A DNA stretch of 64,000 bases from Negativicutes bacterium (GTDB lineage Bacteria > Bacillota > Negativicutes > UBA1444), in the NCBI GenBank assembly GCA_963665275.2, contig CAXXIN010000013.1:256001-320000 (forward strand), in the 5' to 3' direction. Positions 20,515-29,919 of this stretch are shown piece after piece. Position numbers and translations under genes: made by a program. Below the pieces are notes generated by a model. The model was not told the origin of the DNA. It saw nothing but the letters and a program-made list of their open reading frames with translations, and made no database searches. Position 1 is the first letter of the stretch; each line of letters begins with the position of its first letter.

Positions 20515-23043
20515 CTAATAAATTTTGCGCGTATTATCAGGCATTTTTTGTTCAATGATTAGCCTCGCCAATACGCTCCTGCTGCTAATGCCCATTTTGG
20601 CAAAAATGTTCTGCAGGGTCTTTTTCACAGTCGCCTCTTCGATCAGAAGCCTTGCTGCGATCGTTTGATTCGGCAAACCGGCGGCGACCAGACTGGAAAC
20701 TTCCATCTCTCTCTCGGAAAGGCTGGCCAACTTGCCAAAAGTCCTCGTTTCACCTTGCATCGCTGCGATCTTCCCGGCGTACGCAGCATAAAAAGTTGCA
20801 ATCCTGTCGATAAATCCGGCATGCCGTCCTCTTTGCCCCAGCGTCTGCAGGATGGGAAAGACATACTCCCCGTTTTCGACGAAAGGCATGATCAGTTGGT
20901 CGGGCGCCGCGATATCAAGAGCCCGTTTCAGTGAAGTATGGGCTTCTGCGAACTGTTCCAGTTGATACTGCGCCGCCGCTGCATAAATATTGATATACAC
21001 TTGCCCCTGCATATTATGAGCAGCTGTTGCTATTGCGGTGAATGGACCGATCCGCTCGAGGAGTTTCCGGTAATGACCACCCAACAATAGCGCTTTGCCT
21101 TGGACAATATTAAAAAAAGTGTGCGTCGTTGCGTAGAGGACGCTGGACTTGGCTTCTCCTTGCGCAATCCATGCGGGAATTTTTCCTGTCTGGTTCAGGC
21201 ACGCATAAATAAAGCCCTCGCACAAATCGACGGTGTAATTATAGGAATATAATTTCTGCCGCTTGAGTTCTTCCCGCGTTTGCGCCAGAGTGCTTTGCAT
21301 GACCGCCAAGTCTCCTCTTACGAGCGCCAATCGCATCTGAAGAAATACCACACATAGCACGATGGCTGTCTGCTCCCGTGACTGCGCCGCATGCAGCGCT
21401 TCATACGCTGTGATTTCCGCTTTTTCGAAATCACCAATCACGTAATAGCGTTCCGCCTGCATCACCAGTTCCGCTCCAAAACCGTGGCCGCCGGTTAGAC
21501 GATAATAGTGCGGCATGGCTTGCGCCATTTCCACGACTTCCTTCTCCAGCTGTCCGCTCTCGCGATAATACATGTACAAAACCGAGGGCGCGCCGAAGGT
21601 CCACGGGGCGCGGTTGCTGATGAACTTTGACGGTCCCTGTAACAATCGGGCAGCTTGCTGGTGATGCCTAGTCATCCCTGCTATGCAATTAAACTGGGTG
21701 AAACTGAGCAGTATTTCGAGTTCTCCCGCCAGCTGCTGTTTCGTCCGTTGTTCATCTTCCTCCATCAGTGCAATATAGCCGCCAATTTCAGCACATTGTC
21801 CGGAAAACAACTCCATTTCGTTAAACACAAACAGATACATCGCATATACCAGGCAAGCCCAGGGGTGGGTACGTCTGATTCGCGAGGGGCAATCATGGAA
21901 ATAGCGGATCATCCTGTCTTTATGTTCGTTTTTTATGCTGTGCCCCTTATCCTCTTCCATGATCATAAGCAACCTGTCATAATCAGCCGCCTGGAAAAAA
22001 CAATCAATAGCATGGATATAGTCGCGGCTCCTTGCATACCATTCCCCGGCCAGCCGCCAGACAGCTTGCTGCCGTTCCCGTTCTTGAAGTCCCAGGAGTT
22101 CCCGCAGGTACGTCGTGAAAATATTATGCATTTGATAGGTTTTTTTGCTGCCATCATATTGAATCAGAGCATTATTTTCGACAAGTTCGTCCAAAATCGC
22201 TGCGGCATCCTCGCCTTGCCACATTGCCTGGGCCTGGGCCAAAGTAAATCTGTCGAACACGCTGACTGTTAATAGAAAATCTTTCACTACGGCTGTGCAC
22301 TGCCGATAGACAACTTTCTCGATCAGCTCATGCAGACTGGCTTGGCGGTCAACCCGACCCTCCCGCGCAAAACTCAGCATGCTCAGATACAGCGCACTGA
22401 TCCAGCCTTCGGTATAGGCATGTAGCTGGGCAGCTTCATCCGTTGTGATACGCAGACCGCACAATTTGTAATACTCCATAATTTCAGCTTGCGTGAATTC
22501 AAACTGTTTTTTGCCAATAACGATGCAGTAGCCTTTGAGTGCGAGCTCTGTCGTGTTTTCGCCAAACCGCGCTCTCGATATGATAACAATATGAAACCCT
22601 GGCGACGCGTTTTTGACAACAAGTTCAATAAATTGCTCGATGGTATCGGACGACAGTAAATGGTAATCATCCAGCACCAAAACCGACTTTTCCGGCCACA
22701 CCACATTTTTGACCAGTTCAACTGCGGATGCCATGAGTTGGCTGTCGCACGGACTTTCCAGCTCACTCAACCCTTCTGCGCATCGTGGAGCTATGTGCTT
22801 GAACAACTGGCTAAAATTCCGCCAAAATTCGCTCGCGGAATCACTAGCTACTGTGTGCCACAAAAGGTTCGCCTGACACTCGGTTAGATATTCTCTCACG
22901 GCTGTAGTTTTACCATATCCCAGAGGCGCTTCCACAACAGTCAGCGGATATTCCCAAATCTGCTTCAGAATTTGCCGAACGGGAACACGCATATACAAAG
23001 CCGCAGGATTGAATCGGTATGCTGAATTTTCCCGACGACGCAT
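20515..23043 (-). CDS. MalT-like STAND ATPase / helical sensor / LuxR-HTH regulator (copy 1)
   Basis: Walker A APLGYGKTT, Walker B VLDDYH, TEGWISALYL, LuxR LSEREMEV...NQTIA...TVKK. Confidence 0.9.
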   Translation of the reverse strand: MRRRENSAYRFNPAALYMRVPVRQILKQIWEYPLTVVEAPLGYGKTTAVREYLTECQANLLWHTVASDSASEFWRNFSQLFKHIAPRCAEGLSELESPCDSQLMASAVELVKNVVWPEKSVLVLDDYHLLSSDTIEQFIELVVKNASPGFHIVIISRARFGENTTELALKGYCIVIGKKQFEFTQAEIMEYYKLCGLRITTDEAAQLHAYTEGWISALYLSMLSFAREGRVDRQASLHELIEKVVYRQCTAVVKDFLLTVSVFDRFTLAQAQAMWQGEDAAAILDELVENNALIQYDGSKKTYQMHNIFTTYLRELLGLQERERQQAVWRLAGEWYARSRDYIHAIDCFFQAADYDRLLMIMEEDKGHSIKNEHKDRMIRYFHDCPSRIRRTHPWACLVYAMYLFVFNEMELFSGQCAEIGGYIALMEEDEQRTKQQLAGELEILLSFTQFNCIAGMTRHHQQAARLLQGPSKFISNRAPWTFGAPSVLYMYYRESGQLEKEVVEMAQAMPHYYRLTGGHGFGAELVMQAERYYVIGDFEKAEITAYEALHAAQSREQTAIVLCVVFLQMRLALVRGDLAVMQSTLAQTREELKRQKLYSYNYTVDLCEGFIYACLNQTGKIPAWIAQGEAKSSVLYATTHTFFNIVQGKALLLGGHYRKLLERIGPFTAIATAAHNMQGQVYINIYAAAAQYQLEQFAEAHTSLKRALDIAAPDQLIMPFVENGEYVFPILQTLGQRGRHAGFIDRIATFYAAYAGKIAAMQGETRTFGKLASLSEREMEVSSLVAAGLPNQTIAARLLIEEATVKKTLQNIFAKMGISSRSVLARLIIEQKMPDNTRKIY

Positions 23044-23089
23044 ATTTCGCCTCCCTTTTTTATAAAGAATCAGTCCGCGGCAAATCAGC

Positions 23090-24379
23090 TCAGTCCGGCC
23101 AATATCCTGCCATAAATTCCAAAAACCGATCCGTCAAGGCCGGATCAAACTGTGACCCTTTCCCTGCGGCGATTTCGTTCAATGCTTCCTGTTGCGTCTT
23201 GACCGTGCCGTAAGGACGCTCGTGCGTCAGAACGTCATAGACGTCAACCAATGCAAACATCCGGGCCAAAAAAGGGATCTGTTCCCCAGCTGCCTTGGCG
23301 GGATATCCGGTTCCATCCCAGCGTTCATGAATTGCCAATACCACCTCGGCCAGTTTGGGTTCACCAATGGCTTGCGCCATTCGATAGCCAATTTCGCCGT
23401 GCCGTTGAACGATCTCCCACTCATCTGCCGAAAGCGGATCGCGTTTGCCCAGTATTTCACCAGAAATCGCAACTTTGCCAATATCATGCAAGGCAGCCAA
23501 CTGCTTCAGCAATTTCACCTCCGCCGGTGCAGAAGCCATTCCCAGAAAAGCAGCGAATGCGATGGCCCAATCTTGAATCCGCTCACTATGCCCCGGATTT
23601 TCGAAACACCAGTGATGCAGCTTATGTTCCATATCGGCGATGAGATTCACCCTGACATCTCGGCTTTGCGCCAATTTGTCGCTATACATGCGGTTTTCGG
23701 CGACAACGAACAGCTTCGCAATCCCTTTGCCGCTTTCGCTGGTGGCAGCGCCAATCGCCGCACTCAAACGGACAGAAAGATTGCCCTCCTGTTCGCACGC
23801 TTCACGAATTCGCTTGCATACTTGTTCGCAGGCTATGCTGCCGGTTTGCGGCAACAAAACCAGGAATTCATCACCGCCCCAACGCGCGATGATATCGGTT
23901 TGCCGGCATACCTTTAGCAGAACCTGCCCCATGGCGGCCAACAGGCGGTCGCCCTGCACATGTCCGAACACGTCATTGGTAAGTTTAAGTCCATTCATAT
24001 CAATCATAATCAAACTCAACACAGTTTTATTGGTCTGTTCCAGCTCGAATATGATTTTTTCGATATATGCGCGATTATACAGGGATGTCAATTGATCGTG
24101 ATAGCCGATGTAATTAATTTCCGCCTCGGTTTGACGCTTTTCGACGAGGTCATGCAAGATGATTCTGGGCAGTTCCGACTCGCTCATTTTGCTGGAACGC
24201 GAAGCAAACTGGATGACCTTGCAGCCGGAGGGTCTTTGAGAATCTCCAGCTACAGCTTCCTGTTGCGTGTAGACAGCTCCTCTCAACGCACCTTTCAGAT
24301 CTACCGTCAGCGAGTAATTATTATCAAAATACACCGTAATACAAGACTCAGACTCGGGAACGACTTGCAAGATTTTCAT
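23090..24379 (-). CDS. GGDEF + HD-GYP c-di-GMP enzyme with N-terminal DUF2442-like segment
   Basis: HDQLTSLYNR, DMNGLK..ND.FGH..GD, RQTD I-site, ARWGGDEF; LHDIGK, HERWDGTGYP, RPY, GSQFDP. Confidence 0.9.
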   Translation of the reverse strand: MKILQVVPESESCITVYFDNNYSLTVDLKGALRGAVYTQQEAVAGDSQRPSGCKVIQFASRSSKMSESELPRIILHDLVEKRQTEAEINYIGYHDQLTSLYNRAYIEKIIFELEQTNKTVLSLIMIDMNGLKLTNDVFGHVQGDRLLAAMGQVLLKVCRQTDIIARWGGDEFLVLLPQTGSIACEQVCKRIREACEQEGNLSVRLSAAIGAATSESGKGIAKLFVVAENRMYSDKLAQSRDVRVNLIADMEHKLHHWCFENPGHSERIQDWAIAFAAFLGMASAPAEVKLLKQLAALHDIGKVAISGEILGKRDPLSADEWEIVQRHGEIGYRMAQAIGEPKLAEVVLAIHERWDGTGYPAKAAGEQIPFLARMFALVDVYDVLTHERPYGTVKTQQEALNEIAAGKGSQFDPALTDRFLEFMAGYWPD

Positions 24380-24444
24380 TGATCCATCCCTTTCGTCAAA
24401 AACTTGTCCAAGTTACACTCAAATAAATATCCTGTCGGGATAAA

Positions 24445-24490
24445 ACAAAAAACTACTTCACCTTTATCATAAAGTGAAATAGTTTTTTGT
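24445..24490. terminator. Hairpin between MalT-like copy 2 and the GGDEF/HD-GYP gene
   Basis: acaaaaaactacttcac...gtgaaatagttttttgt. Confidence 0.55.
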
Positions 24491-24514
24491 GATATTATCC
24501 AAAAGTATAATTTA

Positions 24515-27001
24515 TTATTTCTTTACCCACTTTCGTTCCAATACCATCCGCATCAGCTCCGTTCTACGGGTGATGCCAAGTTTGGCGTAGATGTTCTGCA
24601 AAGTTTTTTTAACCGTCGTCACTCCGATATACAACCTTGCCGCAATGCCCTGATTCAGCAGGCCGTTTGCCACGAGTTCGGCGATTTCAAGTTCCCGCGC
24701 TGAAAGGCGGGACAGCGGAGCATCCTGCTCTTCGGCAGTTCTCATGATGGCTACGTTTTTCGCATAGGCGGCGTAGGCCGTTCTGATGCGATCAATAAAT
24801 TTCGTGTGTTGATCGTCTATGTCGAGCGGTGCGAGGAGCTCTTGAATATATTCTCCGTTTTCGACAAACGGCATGAGCAGTTGATCCGGCGCCGCGATAT
24901 CGAGCGCCTTTTTGAGAGATTCTTGCGCTTCCTCCAAGTGCTGTAGCCGGTATCTCGCCACCGCCACATAGATATGAGTATAGACCTGCCCCAGCAGATT
25001 CGGGAAAACACCCGCAATATCATTGAAATGTCCAGCCAAACCGAGCAATTTCATATATTGCCCGCTGATCAACAACGCCTTGCCATAGATTATATTAAAG
25101 TACGCATGGCTGGGAAAATGCAGTCGACTTTCATGTAAATTGCCGGCGGCAATCCATGCAGGGATTTTTTCCTGTATGTTTAGTTGCGCATAAATCTGGG
25201 CTTCGCACATATCGACAGTATGAACAACCTGATACTGTCCATACGCCTCAATCTCCGAACGCATTTGTCGCAAAAAATTTTGCACCGCCGGCAACTCTCC
25301 CCTGACAAACGCCAGCCGGGTTTGCAGAAACAATGCGCATAATAGGATGGAAATCTGGCGGTGAGAACGAGCTGGCTCCATTGCCTCAGAAATCCCCAAG
25401 TCGGCTTGTTCAAATTCTCCCCGATAAAAATGCCACTCGGCCTGCATCACATATTCGGCGCCGGCGCCGTGGCCGGAAGTGATCTGGCCGTAAAGGGGCA
25501 TAAACGCAAGCAGATCCTTGACTTCCTGCGCAACCCGTCCGCTTTTTCGGTAATACATATAGAGAATGGAGGGCGAGCCAAAAGTCCAGAAACTCTTATT
25601 GTCAAAAAGCCTGGTGGGTCCGTCAAGCAATTCGTAGGCTTTTCGCTGATGTCCAGCCATCCCCTCGATATCGTTGTATCTGGCAAAGCTCTTGATCAGT
25701 TCAAGTTCTCCCAACAGCTGATTGCGGGTTTTCACATCGTGAATCTCGTTGATATAGTCCCCGACCTCCTGGCATTGGGCAGTATACAGCGCTCTTTCAT
25801 TAAACGAGAACATCTTGCGCGCAAAAGTCAGACCTGCGATTGGATGCTTTCGTTTAATCTCCACCGGACATTTAATGAAATACCCCTTTAACATTTCTTT
25901 TCGCTCCATGTAAATACTATTGGCATTGTCCAGTTCCAGAGCCGTGAATAGTTCGTCAAAATCCCCGACAGCTTCAAAACAGTCCATGGCATTGAGATAG
26001 TCCCCGATTTTGATATACCAGGCTGCCGCCAGCCGCAATACCGCGTGCTTTTTCGGAGTCCCTTGCCGCTCCAGCAACTCCCTCAGGTAAGCGGTCAATA
26101 TATTGTGCATATGATAGGTTTGGCTGTAACTGTCATATTTGATAAAGGCATTGTTGGCCATCAGGTATTTTAGAGCCGCTTCGACCTTTTCCGCGCTCCA
26201 CATCTCTTTGGCCTGAGCTAGGGAAAAGTTGTCAAAAACGCAAAGCGTCAGTAGAAATTCTTTCACTTCCGGCGGGCACTGACGGTAGACAACTTTTTCG
26301 AGCAACTCTTGCAAGCTGGCCTGTTGCTCGACCCGACCCTCTCGCAAAAAGCTTAGCATGCTGAGATATAGTGCGCTAATCCAACCCTCGGTATATTCAT
26401 AAAGAGCAGCGGCTTCACTTGCTTTCAGACGAATCCCGCACAGTTTGTAATATTCGCCAATCTCCTCTTGCGTGAGTTCAAAAGAGCTTTTATCGATCGC
26501 ATGGCAGTAGGCTTTATGCTCTGTTCCCATTGTAGTTTCGCCAAACATGGCGCGGGATATGATGACGAGGTGGAGATTGGGAGGCAGGTTTCTGGCCAAT
26601 AGCTCAATGAAGCGGTCCAGCTTCGCTTCGCTCAGCAAGTGGTAATCATCGAGAACTACGACAGATCGATCAGGAAATTCAATCCCATGGATGAGCCGCA
26701 GAGCCGTTTCCGCATAGAGGCTGTTATCCGGCGCACCCAGGCCCATCAGGCCCGCGGCGGATTTGGCATCTATCCGACTGAACAAGCGGCTGAACTCCTG
26801 CCAAAACGAGGTCACCGAGTCATTCGCTATGGTTTGCCAATAGACATTCGCGCCTGAATCCGACAAATATTCTTTCACAGCGGTCGTTTTGCCGTAGCCC
26901 ATCGGTGCTTCCACAAGCGTCAACGGATAATTCCAAATTCCATTCAGCTCCTGCTGGATTGAAGTGCGCATGTACAGGGCCGCGGGGTTATATCGAGACA
27001 C
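24515..27001 (-). CDS. MalT-like STAND ATPase / helical sensor / LuxR-HTH regulator (copy 2)
   Basis: APMGYGKTT, VVLDDYH, TEGWISALYLSMLSF, LuxR LSARELEIA; clear paralog of 20515..23043; GTG start after GGAGG. Confidence 0.9.
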   Translation of the reverse strand: MSRYNPAALYMRTSIQQELNGIWNYPLTLVEAPMGYGKTTAVKEYLSDSGANVYWQTIANDSVTSFWQEFSRLFSRIDAKSAAGLMGLGAPDNSLYAETALRLIHGIEFPDRSVVVLDDYHLLSEAKLDRFIELLARNLPPNLHLVIISRAMFGETTMGTEHKAYCHAIDKSSFELTQEEIGEYYKLCGIRLKASEAAALYEYTEGWISALYLSMLSFLREGRVEQQASLQELLEKVVYRQCPPEVKEFLLTLCVFDNFSLAQAKEMWSAEKVEAALKYLMANNAFIKYDSYSQTYHMHNILTAYLRELLERQGTPKKHAVLRLAAAWYIKIGDYLNAMDCFEAVGDFDELFTALELDNANSIYMERKEMLKGYFIKCPVEIKRKHPIAGLTFARKMFSFNERALYTAQCQEVGDYINEIHDVKTRNQLLGELELIKSFARYNDIEGMAGHQRKAYELLDGPTRLFDNKSFWTFGSPSILYMYYRKSGRVAQEVKDLLAFMPLYGQITSGHGAGAEYVMQAEWHFYRGEFEQADLGISEAMEPARSHRQISILLCALFLQTRLAFVRGELPAVQNFLRQMRSEIEAYGQYQVVHTVDMCEAQIYAQLNIQEKIPAWIAAGNLHESRLHFPSHAYFNIIYGKALLISGQYMKLLGLAGHFNDIAGVFPNLLGQVYTHIYVAVARYRLQHLEEAQESLKKALDIAAPDQLLMPFVENGEYIQELLAPLDIDDQHTKFIDRIRTAYAAYAKNVAIMRTAEEQDAPLSRLSARELEIAELVANGLLNQGIAARLYIGVTTVKKTLQNIYAKLGITRRTELMRMVLERKWVKK

Positions 27002-27179
27002 GGGAACACCTCCAGGCAATACCGATTCCTTCCCTCATTATATTCCGATTTTGTTTCGATTTCATTTGCTGACAAAATATTTATGCAAAACAATCACTCC
27101 TAGGACCAGGGGAAGGAATATTCACCGTCAACCAAGAAACTCTAGGAAACATTTCACATAATACTAAGGGGGCCACATT

Positions 27180-28250
27180 ATGGGCAATTATGTTGATATT
27201 AAGAGGGAAGACTATCAGTGTGTAATCAATGGCAAACAGGTGGACCTTTACATCCTGCGGAACAAGAATGGCATGGTCGCCAAAATCACCAACTACGCGG
27301 GAAAACTGGTCCAATTGTTGGTTCCGGACCGGAATGGAACAATGGGCGACGTGTTGCTTGGCTACGAGACCCTTGCGCAGGCAATACAGGGTCAGGTATC
27401 CATGGGTTCAGCCATCGGCCGTTTTGCCAATCGGATCCGCAAGGGAAAATTCACCTTGAATGGGGCGGAATATCAGCTTACCATCAACAATGGCCCCAAT
27501 CATCTCCATGGTGGGACCAAAGGTTCACGTTTTGTGGTATTTGATGCCCTGCAAATCGATGACAATACATTGCAACTGAACTATTGTTTTAAAGACGGCG
27601 AAGAAGGTTATCCGGGCAATTGCAGCTTGAAATTGATCTACACATTGACTGATAACAACGAGTTTGTTATTTCATATGAAGCAAAAACCGAAAAACCGAC
27701 CATCGTCAATTTTACGAACCACGCTTTTTGGAATCTGGCCGGGGAAGGATGCGGCGATATTTTAAACCATATTCTTACGCTCAACGCCGACGCTTTTACA
27801 CCAGTGGACGATACATTGATCGCTACTGGAGAAATCCGTCCTGTGGCTGGAACTCCGCTTGATTTCACCTCGCCACATGCAATGGGCGCTAGGATCAATA
27901 GTGATTATGAGCAGATGCAATATGGGCAGGGTTATGATTTCAATTGGGTCCTCAACAAGGGCGCTGCCCAAGAAATGAGTTTTGCCGCCAGGGTATGCGA
28001 GAAAACTTCTGGAAGAGTCATGGAAGTCTACACCACTGAGCCGGGTATGCAATTTTATTCCGGCAATTTCCTTACCGGGAAAACGCCGACAGATATCGGC
28101 AAAGGCGGCAAACCATACGTCCACCGAAGTGGATTCTGTTTAGAAACGCAACATTTCCCGGATTCTCCGAACAAACCGCAGTTCCCTACCACTGTTTTAA
28201 ATCCTGGCGAAGGGTTTTCAAGCACCTCGATTTATAAATTTTCCATATGA
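27180..28250 (+). CDS. galM: Aldose 1-epimerase (mutarotase)
   Basis: IGRFANRI, NHLHGG, EGYPG, NFTNHAFWNL, GFCLETQHFPDSPN. Confidence 0.93.
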   Translation: MGNYVDIKREDYQCVINGKQVDLYILRNKNGMVAKITNYAGKLVQLLVPDRNGTMGDVLLGYETLAQAIQGQVSMGSAIGRFANRIRKGKFTLNGAEYQLTINNGPNHLHGGTKGSRFVVFDALQIDDNTLQLNYCFKDGEEGYPGNCSLKLIYTLTDNNEFVISYEAKTEKPTIVNFTNHAFWNLAGEGCGDILNHILTLNADAFTPVDDTLIATGEIRPVAGTPLDFTSPHAMGARINSDYEQMQYGQGYDFNWVLNKGAAQEMSFAARVCEKTSGRVMEVYTTEPGMQFYSGNFLTGKTPTDIGKGGKPYVHRSGFCLETQHFPDSPNKPQFPTTVLNPGEGFSSTSIYKFSI

Positions 28251-28312
28251 CCTTCGCCAGCAGTAAGTTCGTCGACAAAAAGCCAGGTAGGACGCTTCAT
28301 TTTTTACAAGCC

Positions 28313-28368
28313 CGAAAATGGATCAAGGCTCTTCGAATAATTATTCGAAGAGCCTTGATCCATTTTCG
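28313..28368. repeat. Perfect 56-bp palindrome between convergent genes (probable bidirectional terminator)
   Basis: CGAAAATGGATCAAGGCTCTTCGAATAA|TTATTCGAAGAGCCTTGATCCATTTTCG, 28-bp arms, no spacer. Confidence 0.85.
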
Positions 28369-28372
28369 CCGC

Positions 28373-29599
28373 TTATTCAGCTGGGACTTTTTTTACCAGC
28401 GGCCATTTGTCGAAGAAAGTATTCATTAACAGGTAAACCATCATAAAGGCAAACTGGCCGGCCAGCGGCCCCATGACCGGGAACATCCCGCCCAAACTGT
28501 TTCCGCCGAAAGTCAGCAACGGGAATGTTTTGAGCCAAACCACACCGAGAACCGAGCCCAACCCGATCCAGATCGCAAGCCGCGTGAACAGGCGTGTTTT
28601 GAGATCCGGCACCATCTGGGCCGTCGGATAGTCGTCAAACATGTGATGCCAGAGCAGCAACGTGAAAACGACCGAAAGCTCGAGTGATGCAATAACGAGA
28701 TCCACAGGGGCGCCGGGCAATAAATTCAGGGGGCCCACTATGGGACGAAGGATCATCGGAGTGATGATTCCCATCGGCAATGCGATGGCCAGGCCGACCA
28801 GTCCCATGTATGGCTGTTTTTTTGCAAAAAGTTTCATCGGGTAGTGTTCCAGCCCTTCGGCCGGGAGCAGGAAAAAGAAGATGAAGGCTTGCGCAAAAGC
28901 CAGGAAGCCGGTCCACGAGCCGAAAGGCTTGACGACAACCACGTGTCCGTCCAGTGATAAATTCATCAGGCTGGGAAAGAACATGGCGATCCATACGATT
29001 AATGTAAAAACCGTACTTGTCATCATGACGGCGACACCATCCAGCGGCGCGGGGACTTTGCCGGCAAAGGGCCATTTGTGAAAGCAGGCCACATAGACGA
29101 TCTGGACCATGATGACCGCGAGGCAGTAAAAATTGCCAACTTCCCAGCCTTCTATAGACATCTGTACTTCCGCGGCTGTGCTGGGCATGAACAAAATGCC
29201 CATGCTGAAAGGTTTCCACCAAATGCCGATAAAACCAACCAAGATCAAGAATCCGATAATCCCTGACAAAAAGCCAATCAAAGTGTATCGGACGCCTGCT
29301 GTCGGTTGAAGCTCAGACACGGCATACTTGTTGTAGTTGCCAAAAATCAGGGTCTGCCAGATCCAGGGGTTGATGACCAACCAAAAGAACGTTCCCTCAG
29401 CCAGAACCGAAAGATACTTGGTCACGACCTTTGCATCCACCAGCTTCAGCCCTTCACCCGCGAGTGTCATGCCAACGGATTTCACGATGAGTCCCCAGAT
29501 CGGCCAATAAATCAGGGCTACGACGAAACAGATGGTAGTAGCGACGACTCCTGTGGTGAAGATGCTCGGGAACTGTCTTTTTACTAAATATTGGCTCAT
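28373..29599 (-). CDS. Polytopic membrane protein (about 10 TM), putative transporter
   Basis: Very hydrophobic 408-aa ORF, last gene of the CaiB-Fix operon; repeated F-x-x-[WY]-P motif. Confidence 0.75.
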   Translation of the reverse strand: MSQYLVKRQFPSIFTTGVVATTICFVVALIYWPIWGLIVKSVGMTLAGEGLKLVDAKVVTKYLSVLAEGTFFWLVINPWIWQTLIFGNYNKYAVSELQPTAGVRYTLIGFLSGIIGFLILVGFIGIWWKPFSMGILFMPSTAAEVQMSIEGWEVGNFYCLAVIMVQIVYVACFHKWPFAGKVPAPLDGVAVMMTSTVFTLIVWIAMFFPSLMNLSLDGHVVVVKPFGSWTGFLAFAQAFIFFFLLPAEGLEHYPMKLFAKKQPYMGLVGLAIALPMGIITPMILRPIVGPLNLLPGAPVDLVIASLELSVVFTLLLWHHMFDDYPTAQMVPDLKTRLFTRLAIWIGLGSVLGVVWLKTFPLLTFGGNSLGGMFPVMGPLAGQFAFMMVYLLMNTFFDKWPLVKKVPAE

Positions 29600-29628
29600 A
29601 TGCACCCCTCCTGTTTTTTAGGCCCGCC

Positions 29629-29919
29629 TCAACCGTAGCGGTACGAAATCCCGAAAGTCCCGCGCGGATACTCCCATTTGGTGATCCCCTTATCCTTGCA
29701 CATCACGCGGCAGGTGCCGCATTCGAGACAACCGGCATAATCAAAATGAACTTCGCCGTCCTGCAAGGTGTACAGAACCGCCGGGCAAACGACCAGGCAG
29801 GCTTTGTCCGCGCACGTCGCGCAGATGGCTTTATCGATGGTAATATGAGCCTCTTCCTCGTCCACCTCGAATTTGTCGAGGCCAAGGAGTTCTTCGGGAG
29901 TCATGCTTCGAATCGTCAC
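29629..29919 (-). CDS. fixX: FixX-type ferredoxin
   Basis: CATCADKACLVVCPA, GCLECGTCRVMC, WEYPRG.FGISYRYG. Confidence 0.9.
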   Translation of the reverse strand: MTIRSMTPEELLGLDKFEVDEEEAHITIDKAICATCADKACLVVCPAVLYTLQDGEVHFDYAGCLECGTCRVMCKDKGITKWEYPRGTFGISYRYG

